The notes beneath the pieces are model-generated. The model did not search any database. It had not been told where the DNA came from and saw only the letters and a program-made list of their open reading frames with translations. A DNA stretch of 64,000 nt from Antechinus flavipes (lineage: Eukaryota). Every line of letters starts with the position of its first letter. The stretch's first letter is position 1. Below are positions 26,414-38,814 of the stretch, piece after piece. The DNA lies in contig NC_067401.1 of NCBI RefSeq assembly GCF_016432865.1, forward strand, positions 482,918,001-482,982,000. The letters are read 5' to 3'. A program made the translations under genes and the position numbers.

Positions 26414-27594
26414 GTAGGGTGGATGTCTTCACTGTGCGTTCATTAGCCAACACACTTTTTTTTTTTTTTAAACTAGAGGGTCTCCTTCCAGTACTGTACT
26501 AAATCAAGGTTACTTAGATATGAATGAGAAGTTCTTTAAGGGGAATTGTGTTCTGACCTGAGGAAGAGGGTGCTAGAAAAATAAAGAAGTATTTCAAAAA
26601 GGGAATTCCTTAGAGGCTCATTGAACTTCAGAGAATCCTCTTTGGTGATTACTTGAAACTATTCCAGTGTCTGAAAGATTTTTTTTCTTTAGAAGTTCAT
26701 CTTTCAGAAGAATTGGCCGTCAGTTATAATCATAATAATAACAATAATAACTGACATTTATGTGACTCTTAAAAGTTGTAAAGTGTTTCCTGTATTATCT
26801 CATTTTGTCATTTTATTCTGTCAATGTTTATATGTATACATTTGTCTCCTCTGTTAGAGAGTAAGAGCCTTGAGAATGGGGGTTATTTCATTCTTCATAC
26901 AGGGCCTACCTAGGGGTTGCAAGCACAGGGGATTAGTACCTGGAACACTAGTGCTTAATGATTGCTGGGTGATTGACTAGTTGATTGTCATTATCAAGCC
27001 AATCTCAAGTATCATCATTTTAGGAAGGTCAAGTGACTTTTGGAAGGTCACATAGCTAATGTCAAAGGTGAGATTCAACTCTAGCTCATCCTTAAGCCAA
27101 GCAAGACATTCTGTCTTTTGTGCTGCATCCTCTCTGGATAGATGAGGGGTTCCTGTATTTTTGTGGTTATCAGACTCTTTGACAGTGATGGTGAAAAATA
27201 TAAACCTCTTTTTAGAATTACATATATATATGTGTGTGTGTATATGTATATATATTTAATTTATACTGGAAGGAAATACTAAATTTGGCTAGTAAAAATA
27301 AAGATGTGATCCTTGTCCCTTTCCTTTCCCCCAATCTAAGCTCATGAACCACTTTCATTCTATCTGCATACCTGGTCTATGGAACCCAGTTTAAGAACCC
27401 CCCACTGATATGATATAGATTAGGGTGAATTAGTCAATATATTTGACAGAATGGGTTTCCTTATCCAATAGTCTCCAATAAGCATCTATTAAATGCTTGC
27501 TGTATGCTGGGCACCATATAGTAAATGCTGGAGATAAAAAGAACAAAGTGAAGCAGTCTTTGCCCTCAAGGAACTTAGCTTCAAATGAAAGAGA

Positions 27595-27835
27595 CAACAC
27601 CGGGCAGGAAGATGGTACAGTAGATTGAGCAGTGGACTTAAAAGTAGGAAGATCTGAATTCAGATCCTTCCTCAAAAACTTACTAGATGTCATTTAACTT
27701 TTCAATATGGGGAATAATGTAGATGGGGCTAATATTAGCACTTACCACCCAGGGTTGCTTTGAGAATCAAATGAGATAATTCTAATGAGCTTAACACAGT
27801 CCTTGGCACCCAGCAAGGGGTTCATAAATGTTTGC
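27595..27835 (+). mobile_element. MIR-family SINE (similar MIRs at ~5625-5800, 41270-41445, 61490-61720, 62840-63060)
   Basis: tRNA head, core 'gttgctttgagaatcaaatgagataat' and L2-like tail. Confidence 0.65.
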
Positions 27836-28067
27836 TATTAGTTTTAGAAGGGAGTGGTGGGGATTAGGAAAGCTAATTATTGAAAGAAATGTTTGAGCCA
27901 GTCTATTTCTTCTTCAATCCATCAGTCTGTCAATGAACATTTATTAAGCACCTACTGTGTGCTAAGTACAGTGCTCCTCTGTGGTTTAAATGCTTCATCA
28001 GATGTGTCTGAAATGTTATCACTTCTTCTAGAGTAAAAGAAGCCACATTAGACACGCTCACATTTTG

Positions 28068-28300
28068 TGGTTGTTCAGTCGTGTCCCATTCCTCATGATC
28101 CCATTTAGGGTTTTTTTTGGCAAAGCCACTGGAGTGGTTTTCCATTTGCTTCTCCAGTTCATTTGACAGATGAGGAAACTGAGGTAGACAGGGTAAAGTG
28201 ACTTGTCCAAGGTCACATAGCTAAGTGTCTGGGACTGGATTTGAACTCTGGTCTTCCTGATTCTAGGCCTGGCACTCTCTCCACTGTACTACCCAGGGCA
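28068..28300 (-). mobile_element. MAR1-type CORE-SINE
   Basis: 'gttgttcagtc...ggagtggtttt...gacagatgaggaaactgagg...ggatttgaactc'. Confidence 0.8.
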
Positions 28301-29109
28301 CAGTAGGAAATGGTTAGGAAAGCTATTTCTTGCTGACCTTTCTTCTCGTCAGATCTGGACAATTTGCCAAACCATTTATTTAGTGTCACATATGCCTTCT
28401 TCCTCCTCCTTTTCTTCCTTCCTCCTCCTTCTCCTCCTCCTCCCCTTTAGGCAGGAATGGGAAGTTGGGGAGGAGAGAGCAAAGAGGAAACAGATTTTAA
28501 TCTTGAAAAGAGTGTGCAGAGCTGACTGTTTTCGAAATAGGACCATTTAGGCCGCTCCAATATGTTGTAAATTACTCCTCCTGATTCTTTTGGGGGCATT
28601 CCACAGCTGCAGCTACAAATAAATATGGAAGCTCCCATTCCTTTATCCTAGAAACACATCTTTCATTCTCCACTTTCAGGGGGAGGAGAGAACGTGCAGG
28701 GGAAGGAGAGGTAAGGAAATACAGCTCTTGGGGAATGCTGGAAGACACCCAATAATGGCTTCTTTATAGATGTTTCCTTCGGAGAGATTAAGAAACAATT
28801 GTCCCTGCTCACGGAGCCAAGGTCTGGCAGAATTGGTGTTAAATGGAGCAGGGCTTGTGTTTACTCTGAAAATAGATTCAGATCAATTGCTGTAGTAAAA
28901 GAAAAACATTTCAGGAAAGGATGGGAGTGTTTGCCCATTCTGGTGTTTATCTTACTATACTGAGATAGGCCGCTGCATACGGCTTTATTTGGTTTAATCG
29001 AGCACCTCTTATTTAGTTTAATTAAGCACCTCTTAAGCTTTCTTTGGGCTGGATTCTAGAAATAGAAGGACAAAAATCAGCAGGTCAGTCTCCCGGGAGT
29101 TTGTAATAA

Positions 29110-29335
29110 TGGAGTTGTTCAGTTGCCTTCACGCTTCATGGCTCCGTTTGGATGTTCCTGGCAAAGATGCTGGAGCGGTTTGCCCTTGCCTTTTTCAGCT
29201 CATTTTACAGATTAGGAAACTGAGGCAGGCAGGATTAAGTCCCACAGCTAGTTAAGTGTCTGAGGCTGAACTTGAACCCCTAAAGGCTTCCTGACTCCCA
29301 GTGCTGTGAGCATGATGGCGCCACCTAACTGCCCT
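29110..29335 (-). mobile_element. MAR1-type CORE-SINE
   Basis: Same tail/core/head architecture. Confidence 0.75.
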
Positions 29336-30944
29336 TGAGCTAACAACAACAACAACAACAAGGGTTTTATCTATGGCTAAATTACATGGTTTATCTCTAT
29401 GGATCCTCTTTCCTACTCAATGCAGTAGGTGCTATTATGATTCCCATTATACAGATAAAGAGACTGAGGCTGAGAGGTTAATGGTTTGCCCAGGGTTACA
29501 CAAGAGCTTGAGTCCTAACTCCCAAGTCCAAACTCCTTCCAACTGTCCAATTATATTTGTGTGTGTATTTGCATAGGCTCAGATGTATGATATAGATACG
29601 TATTTTAAAAATAAGTGGAGATAAATGAGAAAATCATCCAGAGGAAAATAGGAATATTTGAAGAGGGAACAAGTGTTTTTAGGTATTGCAATCAGGGAAG
29701 TCTGTGTAAAGAAGGTGGTCCTGAGGGGAACCTGTGAGGCAGATCAGGATTCCTGGAATGAGGGAGGAAGGAAATCATTTAGTGTCCAAGTTGTCAGGGG
29801 GAGTAATAATGTGAAATAAATCTGAAAAAAGTAATTGGAGGTTTAAAAAAAAAAGTGTAGCAGAGAACAAACGAATGACCTACAAGGAAGTAAAGAAAAG
29901 AGGGACACTCATGAATATAATTTCTTCTGCTATTATATATTTTTTCTTGAACTGGTAATTTATTGTTATATATATTTGAATCCTCCTGGCTGGGAACGCA
30001 ACAATGTTTTGTTTTGTTTTATTTTCCTTTTTTTTTTTGGTTATTTTGGATTTTTAAAAATAAAATAAAAATAAAAAATAATGGGAGATCATCATTCATT
30101 CATTTATTCAGTTAACACTTATTAAAGTAGGCACCTGAGGGAGGAACTTGTCTGCCCTGCTACAGCTCCTGTGTACTAAGAAGGTGATTTTGGCCCTTGT
30201 GTAAAAGATTGATTGGAGGAGGAAACTGGAAAAGCTGGAGATGGAGGACTTAAAAAGCCGCATTTAGGAATCTGTATTTTAATCTAGAGGTCATAGGGAG
30301 CCGTAGGGAATTTGTGAGCAGGAGAGTGACCTGATAACAATAATAACTGACCTTTATATAAGGATTTGAGTTTTCAAAGCACTTGACTCACTTTCTCTCA
30401 TGTGATCCTCACATCAGAATTGGGAGGAAAGCGATACAATAAATATTTCCATTAGATGAAGAAACCAAGGAAACATCAGCTCAACTAAAGTTGTTACTTG
30501 GTTGTCCCAGAACTGGAAAGTGCTTGAAGAAGAATTTGAATCCAGATCTCTCTATCCCAGTCTAGCTTATCGCTCGGTAAGCATATATTAAGCTCTCACT
30601 GTGTGCCAGGCGCTGTGCTAAGTACTGGGGATACAAAGATGGTTCCTACTCTCTAAGAGCTTACAGTTTAAGGGAAGGGAGATCATCATTCATTCATTTA
30701 TTCAATTAACACTTATTAAGAGCCTGCTTAAAGTAGGAACCTGAGGGAGGAACTTGCCTGTCCTGCCACACTCCTGGGTACTAAGAAGGTGATTTTGGCC
30801 CTTGTGTAAAGGATTGATTGGAGGAGGAAACTGGAAAGGCTGGAGATGAGAGGCTAATTCGGAGGCTGCTGTTTGAAATTAGGAAAGATTACGTGGCGTC
30901 TGTGAGAGTGTAAAGCAGGGGCCAGACAAGAGATAGAAAGTTGG

Positions 30945-30979
<35 letters not shown>

Positions 30980-31417
30980 AGTGTGAATGAGTGCAAGTAT
31001 GAGTGTTTGTGAGTGTATATGTAAGTGTGAGTGTGAGAGAGACAAAATTAGTCAAGTAATGACTTCTGTGGAGAAAGGGTTGGAAAGGACCAGTCAGATG
31101 GGGAAAGTAATGAGATTTCCTCAAGGTAGGTTTGATTAAACCTATTGTTCAAAACAAGGTCAGCAGGGAGGCTTTTTCTAGTATTTTGGAATATGTATGT
31201 TTAAAAATTGAGTTAGACACTAGGAATGGTTCGCATTTATGGTAATGAGCTACCGAAGAAAATTGGGAAATTTCCTTCCCTGAGGACCTATAAGAAGTGA
31301 ATGGCTGTGGTCCATCACTTTTGTAATTGAGACAATATACCAAGTGACCTTTGGAATTCCCATCAGTTCTGTGACTCAGCCGTCCAGGAGAGACACAAAA
31401 GATTATTTTTTACAAAT

Positions 31418-31700
31418 ACACACACACATNNNNNNNNNNNNNNNNNNNNNNNNNNNNNNNNNNNNNNNNNNNNNNNNNNNNNNNNNNNNNNNNNNNNNNN
31501 NNNNNNNNNNNNNNNNNNNNNNNNNNNNNNNNNNNNNNNNNNNNNNNNNNNNNNNNNNNNNNNNNNNNNNNNNNNNNNNNNNNNNNNNNNNNNNNNNNNN
31601 NNNNNNNNNNNNNNNNNNNNNNNNNNNNNNNNNNNNNNNNNNNNAGAGAAAGAAACAGAGACAGATAAAGTGACAGAGACGGAGAGAGACAGAGAAATTG
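31418..31700. repeat. (CA)n/(GA)n tract with N run 31430-31644
   Basis: CA repeat before and GA-rich repeat after the N run. Confidence 0.8.
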
Positions 31701-33343
31701 TGTAGGCAAAGATGCCAGAAGGGAGTGAGAGAATGAAAAAAAAAGTTTATTTCCAGATGGGGGATGGATACTTAGAATCCTAGTACAAGAGTCAAAAAAT
31801 AGTATTAAATATCTTTTACTTCCTGTATATGTGAACATAGAAATATAATATCATTGCAGCCTTGCAAATAGTTTTCAAAATTCATCAAGTCTGCCAAAAT
31901 GCTATTGAATCCATAAAATTTGCCTTGGCCCTCTCTACTTTGAGCAGTACTACCTCCCCTTCCCCCAACTTTTCTGGACTTTTAGTTGTCTTCTTTGTGT
32001 TCTTGTGTTGTTCTTTTATGGATAATGGATCCCTTTATGGATTATGTCTCTCTGTCTCTACCTTCCTCCCCCCCATATGTATGTGTGTTTACATATTATT
32101 ATATATATTAATAAGATATTAGTTTGTTTCTCTATTGAATTGCTGAGCCACATAATTGATGGAAATTCCAAAGACCATTTTGTGGTTTTGTGGTGTTCTT
32201 TTATGAATAAACCATTATTGATCCAGGCAGGAAATGGAATTGATTATTTTGAAAATTGTTTGTAGATTAGCCAGTCAATTAATCAGCATTATTAAGCTCT
32301 AAATATTGAAAGTTTTTAAAAGTGACATTTCCTTTTTCCTTTCTTCCTTTCTTCTTTCTCAATTTCACTCTCTCCCTCTTTCTTTTCTCCTATCTTATAT
32401 CTATAGATGTTAACAATCCATCCATTTGTTTTGAAACTCAGAGAGCAATGCTTGATACCAATACAATATCTGACCTTTGCTCTAGGAATGGAGGAAAGAA
32501 GGGGGAAGATAGGCTCTGATGTCATGGTCCTCCTTATTTCCTTGCATCTCTTTTATGTGTAGTTCTCTGAAAGAAAATTAGCTCCTTGGGGTCAAGGGTT
32601 GTTTGATTTTTATTTCTGTATCCAGATTGGTGACTAGGGAAAAGTTCTCATTTAGTCATTTTTTCTAAAATGAAAGTCAGCAGAATCATTCACGGAAAGG
32701 GTGTTGGTGTATAAAAATAGCATACGTTTGTATGGGAGGCACAAAGAGCTCCCTCCTCTTTTATCTTTCCCTCTCCCAAAAGGCACCTTGGAAATCACTC
32801 AGTCCAGCTGAAGGTCAGGGACTTTTCCAGCATCAGCCATCTCCTTGTAAAGTTAAGCCTGTCCTATTAGTTCAGTGTACTCCCTCTGTACCCATTTTCC
32901 TCACTAGGAACAAATAACCCCATCCAAAGCACCCCAAAGTTCCATGCAGATGTGAAACTGAATCATTTAGTTCAGAGCTCAGAATGCTGCTGTCCCACAG
33001 GGGAACCCCTTCTATTTCGGTCCTTCATGGTTGCTTGGGGCAGCCTCTGCTCTGATTTCCCTTTTTTGTGTCTCAGTTATTTTGTTTTCTTCCCCTGAGC
33101 AAAAATAAGTAAGCATTTCTTACACACTTCTTACATTCTAGGCATTGTGCCAAGGGCAAAAATGAATCTGCTCCTGCCCTTGAGGAACTTACAGTCTGTG
33201 GGGGGAAACAGCTTGGACACATGAGAGCAGATGAAATATATCTACAGTGAATAAAGATGTTCCAAAACATTAGTGCAGATGAAAAGTTTGACTGCCTTAA
33301 AGTTAATTTCAGGTAACCCTATTAGTGTTTCATACCAATAGAA

Positions 33344-33575
33344 CAGGGGTGGAGAACCTTTTCTTCTGCCAAGGGCCATTTGGATATTTATAGACATCAT
33401 TTGTCGGCCATACAAAATTATCAACTTAAAAATTAGCCGCTGCATTTGGACAAGTATTTAATTAAATCACCCTCTACCTAATGGGATGGCTGGAACTGCA
33501 ATTGCTTTGGCAGGACTAGCCCAAATGATTTTGCTGGTCTTCTATGGCCTGCGAGCCAGATGTTTCCTACTCCTG
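33344..33575. mobile_element. hAT-family MITE (232 bp)
   Basis: Imperfect TIRs CAGGGGTGGAGAAC / GTTTCCTACTCCTG and perfect 8-bp TSD CAATAGAA (33336-33343, 33576-33583). Confidence 0.9.
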
Positions 33576-34175
33576 CAATAGAACATAAGCTCTGTTAGCA
33601 CAAAAATTGATTATTTTATGTTTTTATCTTTGCATCCCTCGTGCCAAGAACATTGTAGTTGCTTTTTAAGTTTGTTGAATTGAATTTACTGACCTTAACC
33701 TCATTGGGTCTCAAATGCTTATTATTATTATTATTATTTTTTTTTGGTTCACATTTGTGCACCTTGAATGGTGATGGCTCAGACAAAGAAGACTTGCAGA
33801 AGATCTTGATATAAAAAGATGAAGGTCACCCACTGCATAGACTTTGGTCTTGCCACTGGGCTCCAATGGCTCTGGAGGAGAAAGTGAGATAGATGGTTTT
33901 CACTCTCAAGTCAAGAGATTAACCTTATGGTGCTATTCTTTGAGAATGAAATATGAACAAGTCAACTTGTATAAACTATTTCTTCTCTTCCCACTTCACA
34001 GTAATCTTCATGCTAATCTCCATATTTGAAGACTGTGTTTTCAGTATCTTTAATATCAAATTTCCTGCCTCTCTTGCCTTTATTAATTTATTTCTTTTAA
34101 CTTTTAAAGTTATCTATCTTCTTTCTGGTTCCATTGATCAGCTGAAGTTTATGGGCATTCACCGAGTAAAAATTT

Positions 34176-34449
34176 TTTTTATTATAGCTTTTTATTTACA
34201 AAACATACGATGCTTTGGTAATTTTTCAACATTGACCCTTGCAAAATCTTCTGTTCCAAATTTTCCTCTCCTCCCCCTTTCCCCTACCCTAGCTGGCAGG
34301 CATTCCACTACATGTTAAAATATAAGTTAAATCCATACGGTTATCTTGCTGCACAAGAAAAAATAAGATCTAGAAAGAAAAAAAATCTCAGAAAACAAAA
34401 ATGCAAGCCAACAGCAGAACGAGTGAAAATGCTATGTTGTGGTCTACAT
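34176..34449 (-). mobile_element. L1 3' UTR fragment with 16-bp TSD
   Basis: Antisense L1 3' UTR flanked by CACCGAGTAAAAATTT (34160-34175) and CACTGAGTAAGAATTT (34450-34465), 2 mismatches. Confidence 0.85.
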
Positions 34450-35969
34450 CACTGAGTAAGAATTTATCTTAAGTATCTACCATGCAATGGTAGGATGGTT
34501 AGGAGACTAGGTACTATATTCCCTAAGAATCCAGTGAAGGAACTGTTGTTTTTCAGTCATGTCTAGCTTTTTGTGATGCCATTTAGGATTTTCTTGGCAA
34601 AGATAATGGAGTGGCTTGCCATTTCCTTCTCCAGCTCATTATATAGATAGGGAAACTGAAGGAGTTAACAGTAAAATGAAGAAAAAGAAAAAGAAAAAAG
34701 AAAAAAAAGTCAGAGCCTGCCCTCATGGAGCTTCCATTCTACATTATTTATAACTCAAATTGGATGCTCTGCTTTGGTAGAAGGAGTACTTTGTTTATAA
34801 ATTACTTTGCAGCGGATTGCCTTGTCCCCTTCCCACTCCCCACACGAGACGTTCGGACCCAGCGGACCCCCCTTCCCTTACGGTGCCTCCTGGAATTCTA
34901 TAAAAGAGACCAAACCGCTCCCCATGGACGCCTGCAGCCACGCTGAGCTCTGCCATCTCTCACAGGCTGGGATGGTTTCCAGGGCAGCTTCCTTTTAAAC
35001 AAACTCTAGGCGATGCTCTGTTTGTTTGGTAATTCTGCTTTTTCATAAATACCCAGTGTTTGCATTTGTAGAGTTTGCTCTGACACTCGCTCCCTTTGCT
35101 GCACATCAGATTTCAGACGTAAATATTTCCAGGTTTGTTTGTTTCATTGTGGGTCCAGGGCTGTCATTAGAGCTGGAAGTGGCTCGGTCCAGCGGGAGAG
35201 CCTCTGGGTCCATCTCCTGCTGAAGGGATGAAGCCATCTCCAAGATGGGTTCCCTGGGCAGGAATGGCCCTCAGAGCTCCCTGGGCTGTCACTTGGGACA
35301 TTGGATCACTTTGTGGGGGGAACTTTTCCCCTTGGCTTGCTTTCATGGGGAGACTTGATAAGAACAGAGGAATTAAAAGGAAGAAACGTCAGAATGTGCC
35401 GTGAAAACTGGGCTAAGTCAGAGGCTGTTTCTTGAATGAGTTCACTTTGAACTAGTTTTTTCATCTATAAAATGGGTTGGTGGGATTAAGTGACTTTGGA
35501 AGACCCCTTCTACCTCTGAACTCTATTATTTAGGGTTATTTCATCCTCTCTCATTTAATTGAGCAAACTGAACCCCCAAGAGGCTGTGCCCTGGCCAACA
35601 GTACACAATAACTGGTTATTCAGTCAGTTAGCATACATTTATTAAGTGTCTTCTGTATACCGGCACAATGCTAAGTGATGGGGATACACAGAAAGGCAAA
35701 AAAAAGAAAACAAACAAAACCTAAACAAAATAATTTAGTCTCATGGGACTCAGTCCAATGAGGAAAGCAGCTTGCAAACTATACAAATAAGAAATATACT
35801 GGATAAATCAGAAGAAGAAAGGCAGGAAGGTTTAGGAGGACAGAGAAGAAGGCTTCCTACACATGCTCTGAGATCTCTTCCAGCCTTCTTCATAGTTTTG
35901 TGGGTCCTTTCCCCTTTTTTATGAGACACAGTTTGATAGCCATTATAAGCATATGAACCCCTCATTTTC

Positions 35970-36115
35970 TTTTTTTTTTGCTGAGGCAGTTGGGGTTAAG
36001 TGACTTTCCCAGTGTCACACAGCTAGGAAATATTAAGTGTCTGAGGCTGGATTTGAACTCAGGTCTTCTTGACTTCAGGGCCAGCACTCTATCCACTGCA
36101 CCATCTACCTGTCCC
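35970..36115 (-). mobile_element. WSINE1-type CORE-SINE, full length, with 16-bp TSD
   Basis: Antisense tRNA head, core and poly-A. TSD GAACCCCTCATTTTCT (35955-35970) and GAACCTTTCATTTTCT (36116-36131). Confidence 0.85.
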
Positions 36116-36184
36116 GAACCTTTCATTTTCTTAACTGCAGGTATAACATTCTGTCCATTCTGCCACAGTCCCTCCTAAGAGGGA

Positions 36185-36410
36185 CTTGTTACTCAATTGT
36201 TTTCAGCCATGTTTGATTCTTTGTGACCCCATTGGGGATTTTCTGGCAAAGATACTTGAATAGTTTCCCCTTCCTTCTCTAGCTCATGTGTTAGATGAGG
36301 AAACTGAGGCAAAAAGGGTTAAGTACCCTGGGGTCCCATGAAGGTCGGCTTTAAACACAACTCCCCTGGTTCCAGACCTTACACTCTATCCTCTGAACCA
36401 CCTATTTGCC
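36185..36410 (-). mobile_element. MAR1-type CORE-SINE
   Basis: Same architecture. Confidence 0.7.
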
Positions 36411-37769
36411 CCAAACTTCAACTCCCCAACTCATAGTGAATAACTGAAGGTACAAGAGAGAAATCTTAGGCTTGTTCATGGACTTTTCCCTCTAGTTTTC
36501 TCAGACATCCATAGTGTGGTCAAGAAGCCACAGCCTATAAGAATTTTCAGCATAAACTGCAATGGCAAGGAAATTAGCCAGTTTTTTGAAGTGTCTTGAA
36601 AGTATTTTTTGGGAGGGGGGTTGAGTGTGAAGGCAACACAGGTCAAATAGAATTGACCCAACTTAGACTTAAGGAAAGCATGTTTAAGAGGAAATTTCCA
36701 ATCTCCAACCACAACTGGATGACTAAATTATTGTTTGCTAAAGAGCCAGCTTTGGAGTTTTGAGAAACGGTGGAAAGGCACATTAACAAGGTCGTAGTGT
36801 GGGGCGAGACCGGGGCCAGCTGCGGCCGCCCGGCCCGGGGCCCCCGTGTGGTGTTAGAGGGACTCCCCGTTTAGAGAAGAACATCATCTTTCTATCAGAA
36901 TGATATGGAGATGGTTGACCTTTGCCCTTCTGCAATGAAAGGCTCCATTGCAACACAAAGCAAGACTGTTTTATGTTCTCTGCTGTCTAAGAGTTGACAG
37001 TCGAGTTGAAAAAAGCATCTTGTATCATTTCCCCATCCCCGCCCCCTCTTCCTGGCTGGAGTGCAAGATGGCCTTGGCCCCCATTGCCCTGCACCAAAAT
37101 GTTTCCACCAAAAGGGCATTTTGCCTGTATGGAGACAGTCCTTTCATAGCGTTGCCGTAGTAACCATCCTGATGCATTTTTTTTTTTTTTTCATTGTATG
37201 GTTGGCTGTGTTATATATCCCTTAAGGCATCATTCACAGATGAGAATGTACGTTTTTGATTTTAAGATTTTTTTTTTTTTGGCAACAGTATAGACAGAAA
37301 GAGTATGTGCAAATCCGTATCCCAGATGGCTGGCTTGCCGGTTCTGCTCCACTGTACATATGCTACTTGGCCCATGCAGGGTCCAAAGGTCTCACTGTTC
37401 TAACTCTATGTTTTCCTGTTATCTTGGCTTGACTGTGGTTATAGAATTATAAAGTTAGATGGGGATCTCGGAGGTCAAAGAGGGGGGAATGTTTTCCTGC
37501 CAAACAGACAAATAGGAGACTGGAATTTGAACTCGGTTCCCCTGACCTCATAGTAAACTCTTTCTCTTCCATAATGTTGGTCTTGATAATTTTTTTCTTC
37601 TTTATTTCTCATAAATATCCCTAATTCTGATTTTTCTCTCCCAATGTGATTCATAAAGAAATGTGTATTTAAAAAGTTTATATAAATATATAACCAAAAA
37701 ATAAAGTTTATTACTCACAAATTTTATTTATTACTCATAAATATCCTTAATCCATTCCCTACATAGAGG

Positions 37770-37985
37770 GGACAACTAGATAGCTTAGTGGAGACAACTT
37801 GGCCTAGAGTAAGCAAGACCCTATTTCAAATTCAGCCTCAAACATTTCATCGTTGTGTGATTCCAAGCAAGTCTTTGTCTTAATCCACTGGAGAAGGAAA
37901 TGGTTAGCCATAGCAATGTCTTTGCCAAGAAAAAACCTCATGGACAGCATGGTCATGAAGAGTTGGACATGACTGAACAACAACA
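37770..37985 (+). mobile_element. MAR1-type CORE-SINE (short form)
   Basis: 'ggggacaactagatagc...ccactggagaaggaaatgg...gagttggacatgactgaacaacaacaa'. Confidence 0.75.
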
Positions 37986-38814
37986 AATAGCTCCATTGGT
38001 ATTTATTAGATTCTTTTTGGTCAGTTAGACAGATTAATTGACTTTGTGGGGGCCACATGGTAATTATGGTGGGGAAGGAGAGGAACTCAAAATTAGGTCT
38101 TGTCTGATTCCAAGTCCAGTGTTAATTACTTCTACTATAATTTCAATAATTTAGCACTTAGATATTACTTGCTTTTGACTTGAGAGGCAACATAGTAGAG
38201 AAGCTGGAATGGAAACTAAGAAGACCAGGGTTCAAGGCCCAACTTGTACATTTAACTCAGAGCAAGTCACTTAACTGGTCAATGTTCCTGTATTACATCC
38301 AATACTATAATCTCTATAGTATTGAAGTTTTTGACTTTTTTTGTATCATCGATCGTGTTGGTGTTTTGGTGAAATCTACCTCTACCTCTTCAGAATAAGG
38401 TTTTTTAGTTTCCTAAAATAAAATAGATAGCATTACAAAGGAAACCTAATGTCCTTTATCCTTTCTAATCCTCCCCTTTAGTCATTTCCATTTATCCTAA
38501 CCTCCATTTTTCCATTTGTCCAAATTATCTCTATCTTTTCATCATTGCCTTCAACCAGCTTTCTCCTACTGGCTCCTCCCGTATGATTTTTTTCCTCTAG
38601 TTAAATCTCATGCTCTTTAGTTTTGCCCAATTCTGTTTCTGCCTCCATCCAATTTCCCGACTCTCTTTGAGGTTGTTTGTTCCTTTCTTCTTTGGGTGGC
38701 AGATGTGGGATTTGACCGCCTGCCAGCCTAGTTCTCCCTAGGTAAGTGAAGACAGACACACATCAGTCTCATTTGGTGCCATTGTTATTTGTCCTATATT
38801 ATATTTTTTATTAT

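Noticed and set aside
31371-31380. AP-1/ARE-like GTGACTCAGC
   Set aside because: Isolated motif with no supporting context.
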